Source: Euglena gracilis (lineage: Eukaryota). Taken from it: a stretch of DNA of 64,000 nucleotides. The number at the start of each line of letters is the position of its first letter. Position 1 is the stretch's first letter. Made by a program: the position numbers and the translations under genes. The DNA is taken from NCBI GenBank assembly GCA_039621445.1, contig CP154954.1:46231847-46295846 (forward strand), read 5' to 3'. This document shows, one piece after another, positions 27,471 through 37,314 of this stretch. The notes beneath the pieces are model-generated. The model saw only the letters and a program-made list of their open reading frames with translations, was not told the origin of the DNA and made no database searches.

Positions 27471-30400
27471 GAGCAGTATATTTCACATAGAAAATCACAC
27501 ACGCGCGCACACACGGTGCATTATGTCTCACAAAGTACATATCACGCACACGCACACACACACACACTGCAATACCTCGCCCCTTGTCTTAGCATTGGAA
27601 AATATCGGCAAGCATGGGGGGGGTGCTAAATTTGTGATAATATCGACTAGGTGCTTAGACAGAGGGGGATGATGACGCAAAAAAAACATATGGGGCTTCG
27701 GGTCAAGAACAATTTTCCTTAATTTTTTGGTGTCAACTGCTTGACTTGAAGGCACGTGGGCAAAAAAAATCAACAATATCAACCTTCGGATTTGCTGAAT
27801 ATCGTAATCATCAAGCACCGCGTTCTTAGACAACCCTGGTGCTTGGACAAAGGGGGTACATCACACATCGCACATGCGTGCATACACAAATTTGAGCCAT
27901 TTGGCGTGAATGGCGTCTGGCAATATACCACCATCCATCCAAGCCCGGGTTTCACAATGGACGGCAGGGGGGCCTGGGTGTACACCTCTGCCGTTGTCTC
28001 CTCATACCAGCTGACGGGGTCGCCAATCTCAGGGCCTTCCTTATTCCAATTGGTTCTCTTCAGAAGCAGTTTCTTCTCGGAAGGTTCAAACCAAACATTG
28101 CATTTATTAACCCTACCTAGCGTGCCTGTCTGCATCTATGGGGAGAAATGACAGAGGGGACTAACACCTCCCCCCAAGGGTGCTCCCCATTGACAAAAAA
28201 ATTGGCACAAAGGGGCAGAAAAATTTAATGGTTAAAAAATCACCCGCGGTTTTGCACTTTCTTTTTTAAAAAGGGAGTATGTGTGAACATATGTATGCAA
28301 AAAATTCCCTTGCGATTCGCGCCGAGGAAGCAAAAAAAATTCCCTTCTGGTTCTTTGAGGGGGGGGTTGATCCCTGGGCAGGGGGGGGTCGCTGACCTCC
28401 TCCAACCTGTCGTCAATGACTGGGGATTGCAGAGAGGTAAGGATGGAACAATGTTCGTACCGAAGGCATAGGCACTGTCTTGTTCGAACTTGCATACTTG
28501 TGTAACTCATCGTAATTCTTTGAAAATCACCAGAAATCATCTGAAAATACCAAAAAAAATCCAAATTGTCTTCCCAGATTGAACCAATTTTCTGATCCAT
28601 TACACAAGGACCAGATGCAAAAGACACACAATCAGGAGTTCGGTAACCAAAAAGGTACATGATTCTGGAATTCGGCAAGTGCAAGGCAAACAAAAACAAA
28701 AAATATTTCTGAGTTTCAGCCGTCTAAGGAATGCGATTCAAACAGTGGCCTGACGTCGAGCCCACACACATCAAATGGTTATAAGCAAAGGCCCCGCCTC
28801 CAAGCCTCCTCGGCCTCCTCATATTGGTCGAGGAGGACCTCCTCTCCCTCCCAAAGCTTGGCCGGCGCTTCGGCCTCCCCCTCCCAACCCTCTGGGGGCG
28901 CTTCGCACTCCGCGAGGGAGGGCGCCGCGTCCGGCGGCATCGCACCCCCCGGCGGTGCGGCGGCGGCGGCGGAAGGGGCTGCGGAGGGGCAGTGGGCGGG
29001 CACGGCGGGGTTGGGGGGTGCAGCGCTACCCTGCGCTGGCCAGTGCCGCAAGCCAGCCCCTTTGGCCCGAAACGAGGCGTGCGTTGCGTTTCGGATGTGT
29101 CCCGGTGTGGCGTGGGCAGTCCGCCGGCGGCCCACCGGGGAGTCCCCCAGCAGAGGGTTGAGCGATGGAAAACATGGCAATGATGGGGAACACAGGGGAA
29201 GGACAGTTGGTGCTTGCGAGCCTCCCTGTGTTGGGAAATTGGCGCAAATGCGAACAGAAAAGGACGGTCAACTCTGTCCAACTCAGCTCAGTGTGGGTGG
29301 GGTTTATGATCAGCCAGGGGGGGGGTCAATTGAGCCAGCAGCTTTTCCCAGCCCCGGACCACTCCCATCCCATCGCCGGATTAATTCTGGTCTGGCAGTC
29401 CAATAGACTGCTGGATGGTTAGACAGGTGAAGAATTTTCTTTGCCTTCGACGGTGCAGAAGAGGGCCAATCGATTGGGCAAAATGGGTCGAAATGCACTG
29501 GACAACAATTTCCTCATTTTCCAAAGGTTTTCCAGCATCTGAACTGGACCACCCGGGTCGTACACCCCCCCCCCAAATATAAAGCCCCCGGGCTTTAAAG
29601 TTGGACGAGATTTCAAAACCCTCAGGGGGGGCTCTATATTTGGGGGGGGGGCTGAAAATTTGGGGGGAAATCCAAACTTTTTTGGGTGGCCTCTATGACC
29701 TTCGGCGGTCTTCAATTGCGGCCAAATACCAATTTTATGCCGACTTTTCGCTGTTTGCCTGCTATTTTTCGCAAAAATGTGCAATTCTTATCCAAAATGG
29801 AGCATTTCTGGACCCCCCCCCAGAGCCAAAGTTGTGGACGGGATTTCAAAACCCACTTGGGGGCTGGGGGAAATCCAAACTTTTTTGGGTGGCCTCTCAA
29901 TTTTTCCCAAACATTTTTTTTATGCCTTTTTTGTGCTGCTATTTTTTATGTGCAATTCTTATTGGCATTTCTTTCCTCGCCTCCGCGGGGACAAGACCCT
30001 GGGCTTGCCCTCAATCCCCCCAAATCCTGCACCTGGGTGTTTTCCTGCTGTTTGACCTCAGCTTCACACTCCCAGGGACCCACAACTTTCTGGCAGGCCG
30101 GTTTTTTTTCCAGCTGGCAACCTCTTCACAACACATTCCACAGAGCTCGAAAGGGCTAAATTTCACCCAGCCTGAAGACAGTCGGGACTTGCAACGGGGG
30201 GTTTCAGCCCATGTTTGGAAAATTCATATCTGCCGGAGTTGAAACCCAGGGTTTTGAAGTTTTTTTTTAAAACCTTGTGTGTAGCCCTAAAAAAAAAAAC
30301 ACAAAAATTGGGCCTTCCGTGGGTCCCAACATCGGCAACTGATGCAGGTCCCAATGTTGACAATCTCGTTGGGACTGTAAGGGTCAAAGGGTCAAAAGGG

Positions 30401-33060
30401 TGGGTTTCCAAGCTGGGTTTCAAAAAGAGCGAAAAATTGCGCAGATATGCAATTGAAAAAGCAAAACCTTAAATGGAGTTAGGCCACCGAAGATCCTGAT
30501 GTCGTCGGTGAAAACGGTCGCCATAGACTGGCAGGTGAAAACGGTTGCCATAGATTGGCAGGGAGGGCACAGGAGACCAATGAATGCGATCTTCGAAGTA
30601 CTGACGTGCAACGGCGGCTTCGGCTCACGTTGCTTCTCTGGAGCATCGCGGTGCGAAACAAACCGTCGTCAGGCGTGCCCGAAGAAGGCTTGCGGTTCCA
30701 TTTGCATAGGGCTAGCGTACAACAGGGTGATGGTCGACCTCGAGCGGCTTGTGTGCGGTCACTAGGAGACGACACAGCTGGCCCCAGCGCTACTGGGCAC
30801 CTTCCGGTGCCCGCTCGGGGGTTGCCCTGCGGTGGGCCGAGCTGGGTGGTGACAGGGGCGGCAGCATCGGCACCCCATCTCGCACCATTGTGTGGGCAAA
30901 ACTGGCTCCGAGAAACTTTCTCCAGAGAAGTCAGCAAGTACGGCATAACGTCCTGGTCAGGGCAGAATTTGACATTTTTCGACTCCCAGGTGATACAAAA
31001 AAAATTCTAAAGGCATTTTTTTCACATCTTTGAATAAATAATAGCAACAACAACAATGATAATGATAATGATAATGATTTTCCCCTCGGGAACTTGCAAG
31101 GCGGCAATGGCAAGCATGCACCCCAGCATGCACCCCCCCAGGTGGGGTCAACCGCGCCTTAAATCTCAGCCTGCTTTCGAGAAAGTCACACTGGTCTAAA
31201 GGTGCTTCGCTCTGAAAAAACGTGGGGTAGACTTTCTTTAATCAAAAACTTAAAATATCTCAAATTTGCTGGTTACCCATTTTAGCGGTTTCATTTTCAT
31301 CGCATAAAGTTGGCACCCGACAAGTCAGCAAATTTAAGCCTGAGTGAAAACTTTCTGGAGAGGCCTGACAGTGGGGTATCCAACATGAAAAACTGGTACA
31401 AACTTCGGGGGTGGGCAAAAAAAATTTCAGAAAACGGCAGAAGAACAACACAGAGATACTCTCCGAACCGAACTTTGCTTTGGTTGCTCAGTTTCCGTCT
31501 CCGACAAAACGCTCTGTGCATTATTTCTGACCATGTTGATTTCATTTTCAGGACGAGAGCGGCGAAGACAGAGAATCCTCAACACCAAAAAAAATAACGC
31601 AGGGGTGGCCAATGGGTACTGGCACCAGAGGCGGGTCTTCGATGGGTTGGACCAGCCGTCGGCGGAGTCCCATTGGCTGTCCATCCCAGCTCGGGGGTCC
31701 GGGGGGGGGGTCTTTTCTGAAGGCTGGGGTATTGAACACAAAACCAATTAAAAAATTCGCAACCATTGTCTTTGCAGGGGTGACAATTGCTCTCCTCCTG
31801 TGGGCAGGAGCGAAAGCCAGCAGGTATCACACTGAGTAAACACACACACACACACACACATGCGCGCACGCACAAAAAACACACACAACGTTCGTAAATA
31901 GCGACACACACACACAGAGAGAGAGGGGGGGGCAGGGAGGGAGAGAGGGAGAGGGAGACAGAGAAAAATGCAGCTCACAAATGCAAACAAACTGGCAAAT
32001 GGAGCAGACCGCCACCTGTGTGCGTCTCCTCCTCCCCCAGCTGTTGCTCGCTGGCGGGTTGCCCCCCTCCTCTGGGGGGTCAAGCAGCCAACCACGGCCG
32101 GGGGGCACTGGACCGAACCGTCATCAGCCGTCATTGTGGGCTGCAGTCCAGCGAACCGGTGGGGGGGTCAGGGGGCGGGGTCCCACCGGCCGCCGGACTA
32201 GATCTGGGTGGCACCCAAAAACAGGCAAAAAAGCCCAAATCCAGCTGGGTTGTATTTTTAAGCAAAATTTTTGAGCTGAAACGCCCCCAAAAAGAACCAC
32301 GTCCATTTTTGAGCATTTTTTCCCCAAAAGGTTTCGGCCCAAACTGGTTCGGTCAAGCCCGGCTTTGCCGGGCTACGAAAACTTTATTACTGCTCAAATT
32401 CCGGGGGGGGGGGGGAGAGGGTCTGCAGCCTGACTGGGGCTGGAAAAAGGTTCTGGCTTTCTGGACCTCCCCAGGGGCAGGGTGGGGTCCAGCCTCCAAA
32501 ATGGACATTTTGGGCACTGTTTGGGGGTTTCGGTGCAAATTACCAGAAAAAATTGACCTTTTGGGGGGTCCAAGCCCCAGGGTCCCCTGGAAGGTTGGGG
32601 GGGGGGGGCGGGGGTGATCCGGGCCCCCCTCTCAGCCTCTGGGGGTGGTGTGGCATCCCCCCCTCTAACCCTGCCCTCCCTGCCCCCCCATGAACAGCTT
32701 GGGCTGGGAACGCAACACGGATCCTCCACAATGCTGCACAATAACGCGCAAAAAAAAGCAGCAATTTTGCCATAAAAAAAGGGAAAATACACACCGCATG
32801 TTCCCCCTGAACGGACCCGTGGCGGTGCCCCCCGCTCCTCCTCCTCCTCCTTCCCCGCCATGGCCTCGCGCTTGGCCTCCTGGCGGGCGACGTCGCTGAC
32901 GCGCAGTGGGCGGCCGACCACCGGGGCCGGCACCTCCCGCCACGTCATGTACGGGGACACCTTCGCCGGGCGCTGCTGCCGGGGCGGGGGGATGAGTGAC
33001 TTGGGCGGCGGCGGCGGCGGCTGCTGCTGCACAGGAGGGGCGACGTCTGGGTCGATGGGG
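1325..33060 (-). CDS. Multi-exon coding unit B: paralogous triple LOTUS/OST-HTH-like segment (no stop identified; may continue past window start)
   Basis: About 24 exons in the same order as unit A with matching peptides. Several paired exons have identical lengths (94, 63 and 55 nt). Confidence 0.85.
1460..1745. repeat. (CA)n microsatellite
   Basis: Direct reading. Confidence 0.97.
1791..1950 (-). CDS. Unit B exon: EPPQGKTRQRRLRKRAEKWYIDLRRRGRWDIEERDQLLRQRRLEERQRQEAEG
   Basis: Downstream intron ends CAGGGCTG/CAGCCCTG form a perfect 8-bp stem; the join is in frame. Confidence 0.88.
2153..2207 (-). CDS. Unit B exon (55 nt): IEKPDKTPLPPGFQDETE
   Basis: Paralog at 42379-42433; both junctions paired. 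Confidence 0.88.
3107..6750. mobile_element. ~3.6-kb TIR element with TTA/TAA-type flanks (PIF/Harbinger-like)
   Basis: ACGGCCGGGAATGCACTTTTC ... GAAAAGTGCATTTCCGCCGT; recurrent AATGCGCAGGTGCGCA motifs inside. Confidence 0.7.
4401..4866. mobile_element. MITE family 1, copy 1 (8-bp TSD, hAT-like)
   Basis: TIR CATACATCTCTTTAAGG / CCTTAGAGAGATGTATG; TSD GTGTCGTA; near-identical to 9845-10312. Confidence 0.92.
6998..7172 (-). CDS. Unit B exon: [54 protein letters not shown] (5' edge approx)
   Basis: Paralog at 43174-43348. Confidence 0.92.
9520..9600 (-). CDS. Unit B exon: ALKKFLRFLGYHRMSNFILAIPEIV (edges approx)
   Basis: Aligns to [25 protein letters not shown]. Confidence 0.88.
9742..10553. 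mobile_element. MITE (8-bp TSD) hosting family 1 copy 2
   Basis: TIR CATGCAATTGCTTAA / TTAAGCAATTGCCTG; TSD GTTGTGAC. Confidence 0.85.
9845..10312. mobile_element. MITE family 1, copy 2
   Basis: Same TIRs and body as 4401-4866; A(C)6-7 flanks on both sides. Confidence 0.9.
10585..11301. mobile_element. MITE with (TTGCACAAAA)n subterminal repeats
   Basis: CAG(G)nAAGTTGCAC ... GTGCAATTTTG(C)nTCTG; CCCTTTG on both flanks. Confidence 0.75.
12758..12827 (-). CDS. Unit B exon: YLQINQMGLRMYMLYRLPGFDNP (3' edge within a few nt)
   Basis: CAG acceptor; aligns to the first half of 43916-44065. Confidence 0.88.
12828..13640 (-). other. Conventional GT-AG intron (phase 2), same position as 44066-46773
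   Basis: caccg|GTgtgt...ttctcAG|gtat; R|YLQ. Confidence 0.85.
13641..13703 (-). CDS. Unit B exon (63 nt): AVLWRHMHKAEFIFICDLLHR
   Basis: Paralog at 46774-46836; a GT donor follows. Confidence 0.88.
14718..14880 (-). CDS. Unit B exon: VEKGWEPLPGLVDEEAPEEVEFQDLVDEGNIIPSALPPKWQNFRMPPLPPLPGL (5' edge approx)
   Basis: Paralog at 47673-47830. Confidence 0.85.
15180..15340 (-). CDS. Unit B exon (approx): RWTLETHDIGLMTEAELYRAEAMMKAPEERRARRDLLRAEL
   Basis: Helical protein-like frame, GC3-rich. Confidence 0.7.
15560..15706 (-). CDS. Unit B linker exon (approx): GVPSVRAVPTPPVELPTAPPPPPFSVSGQDGLDEEVEEG
   Basis: Positional counterpart of 48875-48992. Confidence 0.7.
16718..16861 (-). CDS. Unit B exon: [48 protein letters not shown]
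   Basis: Paralog at 49684-49839. Confidence 0.9.
17032..18906 (-). pseudogene. tRNA-like sequence (tRNA pseudogene or tRNA-derived SINE head) split by the 17068-18860 insertion
   Basis: Reconstructed: GCCCGGATAGCTTATTCGGCTAAGGTGTTGGCCTCACAGGCGGGAGGTCGTGGGTTCGAGACCCAGGTCCCGCC, with A-box-like TAGCTTATTCGG and B-box GGTTCGAGACC; poor acceptor stem. Confidence 0.7.
17068..18860. mobile_element. 1.79-kb non-autonomous hAT-like element
   Basis: 21-bp TIR CAGACATTCATTTAGTGTGGT; TSD CTCCCGCC; ~31-33-bp subterminal tandem repeats (GTGAACCACAAA..TTTGGTGTCCACAG) at both ends; AT-rich core. Confidence 0.92.
20176..20373 (-). CDS. Unit B exon: IPPVPHWAVFRKE...FLELRQIVRDCIVANPDGIRLIRFGLMSGLYT (5' edge approx)
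   Basis: Paralog at 50226-50423. Confidence 0.9.
20660..20723 (-). CDS. Unit B exon: GPTFFPAHLFEKLQGSSIL (3' edge approx)
   Basis: Aligns to [19 protein letters not shown] in unit A. Confidence 0.85.
21384..21478 (-). CDS. Unit B exon: [31 protein letters not shown]
   Basis: Aligns without gaps to the first half of 52390-52546. Confidence 0.9.
22132..22225 (-). CDS. Unit B exon (94 nt): [32 protein letters not shown]
   Basis: Paralog at 53050-53143. Confidence 0.92.
22416..22742. mobile_element. Palindromic MITE with ~75-bp TIRs and 3-bp TSD (Tourist/PIF-like)
   Basis: GGGGATGCCCACCCCGCAGTGCCGGCACTGCGTGG... and its reverse complement; TAT on both flanks. Confidence 0.85.
23845..23955 (-). 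CDS. Unit B exon: QGHQRVPRAGLIPGRSLTAVRRFGGGVQRNRMQRLGF
   Basis: Both junctions paired and in frame. Confidence 0.88.
24048..24676. mobile_element. CAGGGGTTTT-type MITE containing a nested TA-flanked MITE (~24176-24405)
   Basis: CAGGGGTTTTTTT / AAAAGAACCCCTG with imperfect TSD; the inner element is related to ~53596-53795. Confidence 0.65.
25819..26227. mobile_element. MITE family 2, copy 1
   Basis: TIR CAGGGTTCGATATAA / TTATATCAAACCCTG; TSD CGTCAATG. Confidence 0.92.
26422..26555 (-). CDS. Unit B exon: [38 protein letters not shown] (5' edge approx)
   Basis: Paralog at 56835-56966. Confidence 0.9.
26910..26965 (-). CDS. Unit B mini-exon (approx): PIPWDEDPPVLRPSGK
   Basis: Paralog at 57550-57635. 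Confidence 0.75.
27260..27345 (-). CDS. Unit B exon (approx): AKDPGMWQPEWGPELAARLG
   Basis: Paralog at 58770-58860. Confidence 0.85.
28795..29040 (-). CDS. Unit B low-complexity exon (approx): PSAAAAAPPGGAMPPDAAPSLAECEAPPEGWEGEAEAPAKLWEGEEVLLDQYEEAEE
   Basis: GC-rich, protein-like frame. Confidence 0.7.
31610..31705 (-). CDS. Unit B probable exon (approx): PPSWDGQPMGLRRRLVQPIEDPPLV
   Basis: PPxWxxxPxxxxRR pattern shared with 62850-63045. Confidence 0.5.
32035..32195 (-). CDS. Unit B probable exon (approx): HRFAGLQPTMTADDGSVQCPPAVVGCL
   Basis: GC island; weak similarity to 63270-63370; frame break at a C-run. Confidence 0.45.
32815..33060 (-). CDS. Unit B exon (approx): DPDVAPPVQQQPPPPPPKSLIPPPRQQRPAKVSPYMTWREVPAPVVGRPLRVSDVARQEAKREAMAGKEEEE
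   Basis: GC3-rich protein-like frame. Confidence 0.75.
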
Positions 33061-34334
33061 ACAGAGCTTGCCCCTCCATTGGCAGCTCTGGCAAAAAAAG
33101 AAAAGAAAGGCACAGGAGCAAGGGTTCGTTGATTTTTTTGATCTCCTACCTTTTCCTGTTTCATGGTTACAAGTCACGTGCAATTATTCTAGAATAAGAA
33201 GACCAAAATCCTATACCTGGCTGTCTCTGGGGTTTTGAAAATATGGAAAGTGCCAATGGAAAACCCCTCAGGTTTATTATTCTTATTTGGGGGGACTCCC
33301 CAATTAATATCCCCCCCTGGGAACTTTATTTGGTCGGCCGAAGTCCACCCTCAGGGGGGGGGGGAGGAGAGTATTATTTGGGGGAGGGTATTATTTGGCA
33401 AATTTTGTTTTTTATGTAAAATTTTGACCGCAACATGCATTGTACTCCATGTTGAACACCACCAAAGCCCATGGTGCCATGGTGGGTGGAATTATTGTTT
33501 CCAAAAAGTGCAATTTGGTTTTCAATCTGAATATGGTAGAATTCATGTAAAACTTGCACAAAAATGTGGTTCCAGCTCTCAGGAAAACTCAGGTTTTTCT
33601 GTAGTGGTCCGTGAAAAATGGAAAGATATCATTTGGGGGGGGTTACCTACAGGAACAGATCGGACAATATCGTGTGCAAAAACTCCAGCTTCACCAACTA
33701 CTGACAGCACATTAGAGATGCAATTGAGTTTTGCGCGTTGAAGCTCGATGCCAAGGGCTCAATACACCACTGGCACCCAAACGGCTGATGAGGGGCCGGA
33801 GGTGAGGAAAAGCACTGTGCTTCAGTGATTGCTGCTGCAGGGCCAGGCACGATGTCAGGGCACCGAGGGATATTGGATATCGGAGATCCCACGGCGCATT
33901 TCCCCCTTTAACCAGGCAGGGTGACAGAAGATTGGGGGAATGGCACACTTCCATGCGCCACGAAGTGGCTCTCCTTCAGTGCGGTTTTTGATCAAATTTG
34001 GTCCCAGGGTTGCGCTCTTTGGTTTGCAACTTGGTCAGAACACGGGCATATGGCCATGCGTCAAAGACTGTGTTATTTGTTCACCCCAAACTGCTTGGGC
34101 AGTGTGGGGTGAACCAGGGGGGGGGAGGGAAGGTAAGAGAAAATCAACAGAAATCAGGCAGGTGGGGTTTAAATAGAAGCACCCCCCCCCGCTGCTACCA
34201 GAGGCGGAGGTCGCTGCAAGCACCCCCGTGCTTCAGTTAGGGGGGGGGGGGGCTACGGTTCCTGGCTTGTTTGGGAAGAGATTGATGGGAAGTGGTTTTG
34301 GCCCAAACCCGCCTGTCCATCAGAACGGTTCTCA

Positions 34335-37269
34335 GGCGGCCGAATTCGCACTTAAGCTTTTTTCCTTTTGATGCGCGCAATTGCGCAAATTTACGATTTT
34401 TTGTAACCCCTGGGACCCTGTACCCTGACACCCAGAACACGATATATGAGCTATGACACCCCTCCACTGGAGGGGGTTAGCTCCCAGTGGTCTGGTGTGC
34501 ATGCTGTTTACCAGGTGACGTTAATAGGGCTGGGGGTGAGACTGGTGCTGTTGTACATCAAACGGGAGAGAGGCACACACCCCTTGTGACGACACTTGGA
34601 AACGGTGCTGATGTCGGTGCCTGAACTGGCTGTGACACTGCTGCCACCGGTGAGAACACACGGGGCCTCATTAGATCACACCACCACAGACACACAGACT
34701 ACGTGAGGCAGACGTCGGGCAATTGATGTGTGTTTGTGCGCGCAATTGCGCAAATAAAAACAATTGTGTTTGATGCGCGCAATTGCGCAAATAAAACGTC
34801 CACCGATGATGATAAAATGACGTGTTGGTGGGCGCCAGTGCGCGCACCAACAAATTTGTTTATGTGCGCATTTGCGCAAATGCGCACATAAAAAAATTTG
34901 TTGGTGCGTGCACCTGGCGCCCACCAAACACGTACGTTTTCCTTCCGTGTTAAAAGACACCAATAAGGACCATGAACTAGAAGGTTTAAAAACGTGATGG
35001 ACGTGTTGGTGCGCGCAATTGCGCAAATAAAGACACTTTTGTTGATGCGCGCATTTGCGCAAATGCGCGCATCAACACGTTAATCAACCGCTTCAAAATG
35101 ATGGGTTTGTAGGGCCCTTAGAGCACATAAACAAAGTTTGTTTATTTGCGCAAATGCGCGCATCAAACACATCAGTTGTGAGATACCATCTCCTGCTCCG
35201 TGACGGCTGGTGAACGCAATTCCTCAAGCCAAACAATGATTTGCACCACGATTACGTGGTGACGAAATTTGTGGTGAGAGGTGGTGTGGAGTGTTCACTG
35301 GAACACGGCATGTGACTGGCCAAGATTTGCCTGCCTTGCGTGTGTACATTTGTACTGCTGTTCCCCGGCCCGAACGGCCTGTTGTTTTGGCGTCATGCGT
35401 TTGGCAGTTAAATGTAATGAATTGATGACGTGCAAACGACCTGTGACTGTTGAACACCTTTTGTGCAACAGGACTGCGTTACAAGAAGTCAAAATTTGGC
35501 ACCTGAAACACCCGGGACGTGTCGGGCCGTAGTCCGTTTTATGGTTTTCTTTGCCATTTTTCCCTTGAAAAATGTAAAAAAACACTGGTTTTTGTGCACA
35601 ATTTGGGGGGGGGGAAGTGGGTCCCACCGCTTTGATACGACCAATCCAGTGGTGGTGGTTCACCACTTCCTTGTACCCAAAGTAACGGGTGTTTGAGGGC
35701 CACCTCTCTCCAGCTGTTGGTTGCCATGCACTGGCACCACGTCGTCCCACGTCGGGAGGTCGATGCTGGCCTGCTGGGTGCTGAAGCATCAGCAGCTGAT
35801 GGGGCTGCAGCAGCGGAGCCGAGGCCGCAGGCCAGCGGCAGGGCCCTTGGGAACCAAAAATTGGTGCAGGTGGGCGTGCACCGTTACTGGGTGGCTGTGC
35901 ACCCACCATCAAAAGATGCTATGTCTCTATCTTTTGCCGGGCCTGTCGATGGTCCAAAAACGGCACCGTAACACCATATGCCGGAGGGGACGGTGTAGTC
36001 ATTTGGGTTGAACCCACTCAGAAGCCACTAGGGGTGGCTGTAGGAGCGCCAAATGAAGTTACTTATTGCTCCTCCATTGGTGGTTTATTTGCGCATTTGC
36101 GCGCATCACGTTGTTTTATGGACGCAAGTGCGCAAATAAAACAGATGTAAACTGAACAATTTACATCTGTTTTATTTGCACATTTGCGCCCACAAACAAC
36201 GTGATGCAAATGCGCAAGTAAACCACTTCCGCTGTCGGCGTTTGACGGCTGTGTTTCTGTCACACCGTTCTTCTTTGCGATCATTTGCGCAAATGCGCGC
36301 ATCAAACACAAAACATTTTTATGTGTGCATTTGCGCAAATGCGCGCATAAAAATGTTTTGTGTTTGATGCGCGCATTTGCGCCCATAAGCTTGCGCCGTT
36401 GACAAACAGTGTGGCAAACCCACCAACTGGATGGCCCGTCAGTCCGTGCCGTCACGGCCTCTTTGTCACACCGTTTATCAGCAGCGTCAGTTCGTGGGTA
36501 CCAAAGCCCAATCCTTGAAGGACATGTTCGTGTTTGATGCGCGCAATTGCGCACATCAACATAAACATGTTGGTGCGCGCATTTGCGCGCATCAAACGCA
36601 TTTTTGCCCTTCCAGTGTTGGGTTTCTTCTGCAGGGTTCTTTGCCACACCAGTGGTTCTGCGCATCCCGGGTATAAGCCGGGTGGGAGAGACCCGTCCCC
36701 TCCATTCCCTTCATTCCCTGCGGACCCCGTTTCTTCACCCTCTGCGCATCCCTTCCCAAACACACCGCACTCACCTTCCTGCCCCTGCGTCCTTCCCGCC
36801 GGCTTGGTCACACCACACCCACACCCCCCGGACCTTCCTCCGCTTTAACAAACAGCCCAAACACACCACACCAAGGCGCCGCAAGCAACGCAGTTCGGCA
36901 AACACCCAGGACGCACACAGCCGGCAGCTCGGGCACACTCGGGGACACAGTCGAAAGAAGCAACAGGGGCAGTAAAGGTCCCGTTCCTAAGGTGCTTTTT
37001 TGCGTTTTTTTCAGGGTGGGCCGGCAGGGTCCCGTAGGTTTGGACCCACAAAGTCCTTCCCGACACCCTCAAAAATCACTGTTTTTCGCCAAAGTCCCGG
37101 GGGTCTCACAGCCAAAATCAGAATTTCGCTGGTTTTTTGCACTCTCTTGTTGCCGTGTTTACAAACCCCCCAGACCTTCACGGCCAAAACAGAGCACAAT
37201 CAAAAAAATCGTAAATTTGTGCAAATGCGCGCATCAAACGAAAAGAGCTTAAGTGCGAATTAGGCCGCC
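34335..37269. mobile_element. ~2.9-kb TIR element rich in TGCGCA palindromes (PIF/Harbinger-like)
   Basis: ~60-bp TIR GGCGGCCGAATTCGCACTTAAGCTTTT...; TCA/TAA flanks; a related left end at ~53310. Confidence 0.8.
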
Positions 37270-37314
37270 TAAGCGGTTGCCGTCCCAGCACACAGGAAAG
37301 CCGGCCCCCTGGGC

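Noticed and set aside
35700-35833. Possible linker exon with CAGGG/CCCTG pairing to ~37310
   Set aside because: It lies inside a TIR-bounded element and short pairings arise by chance in GC-rich DNA; not called without cDNA.
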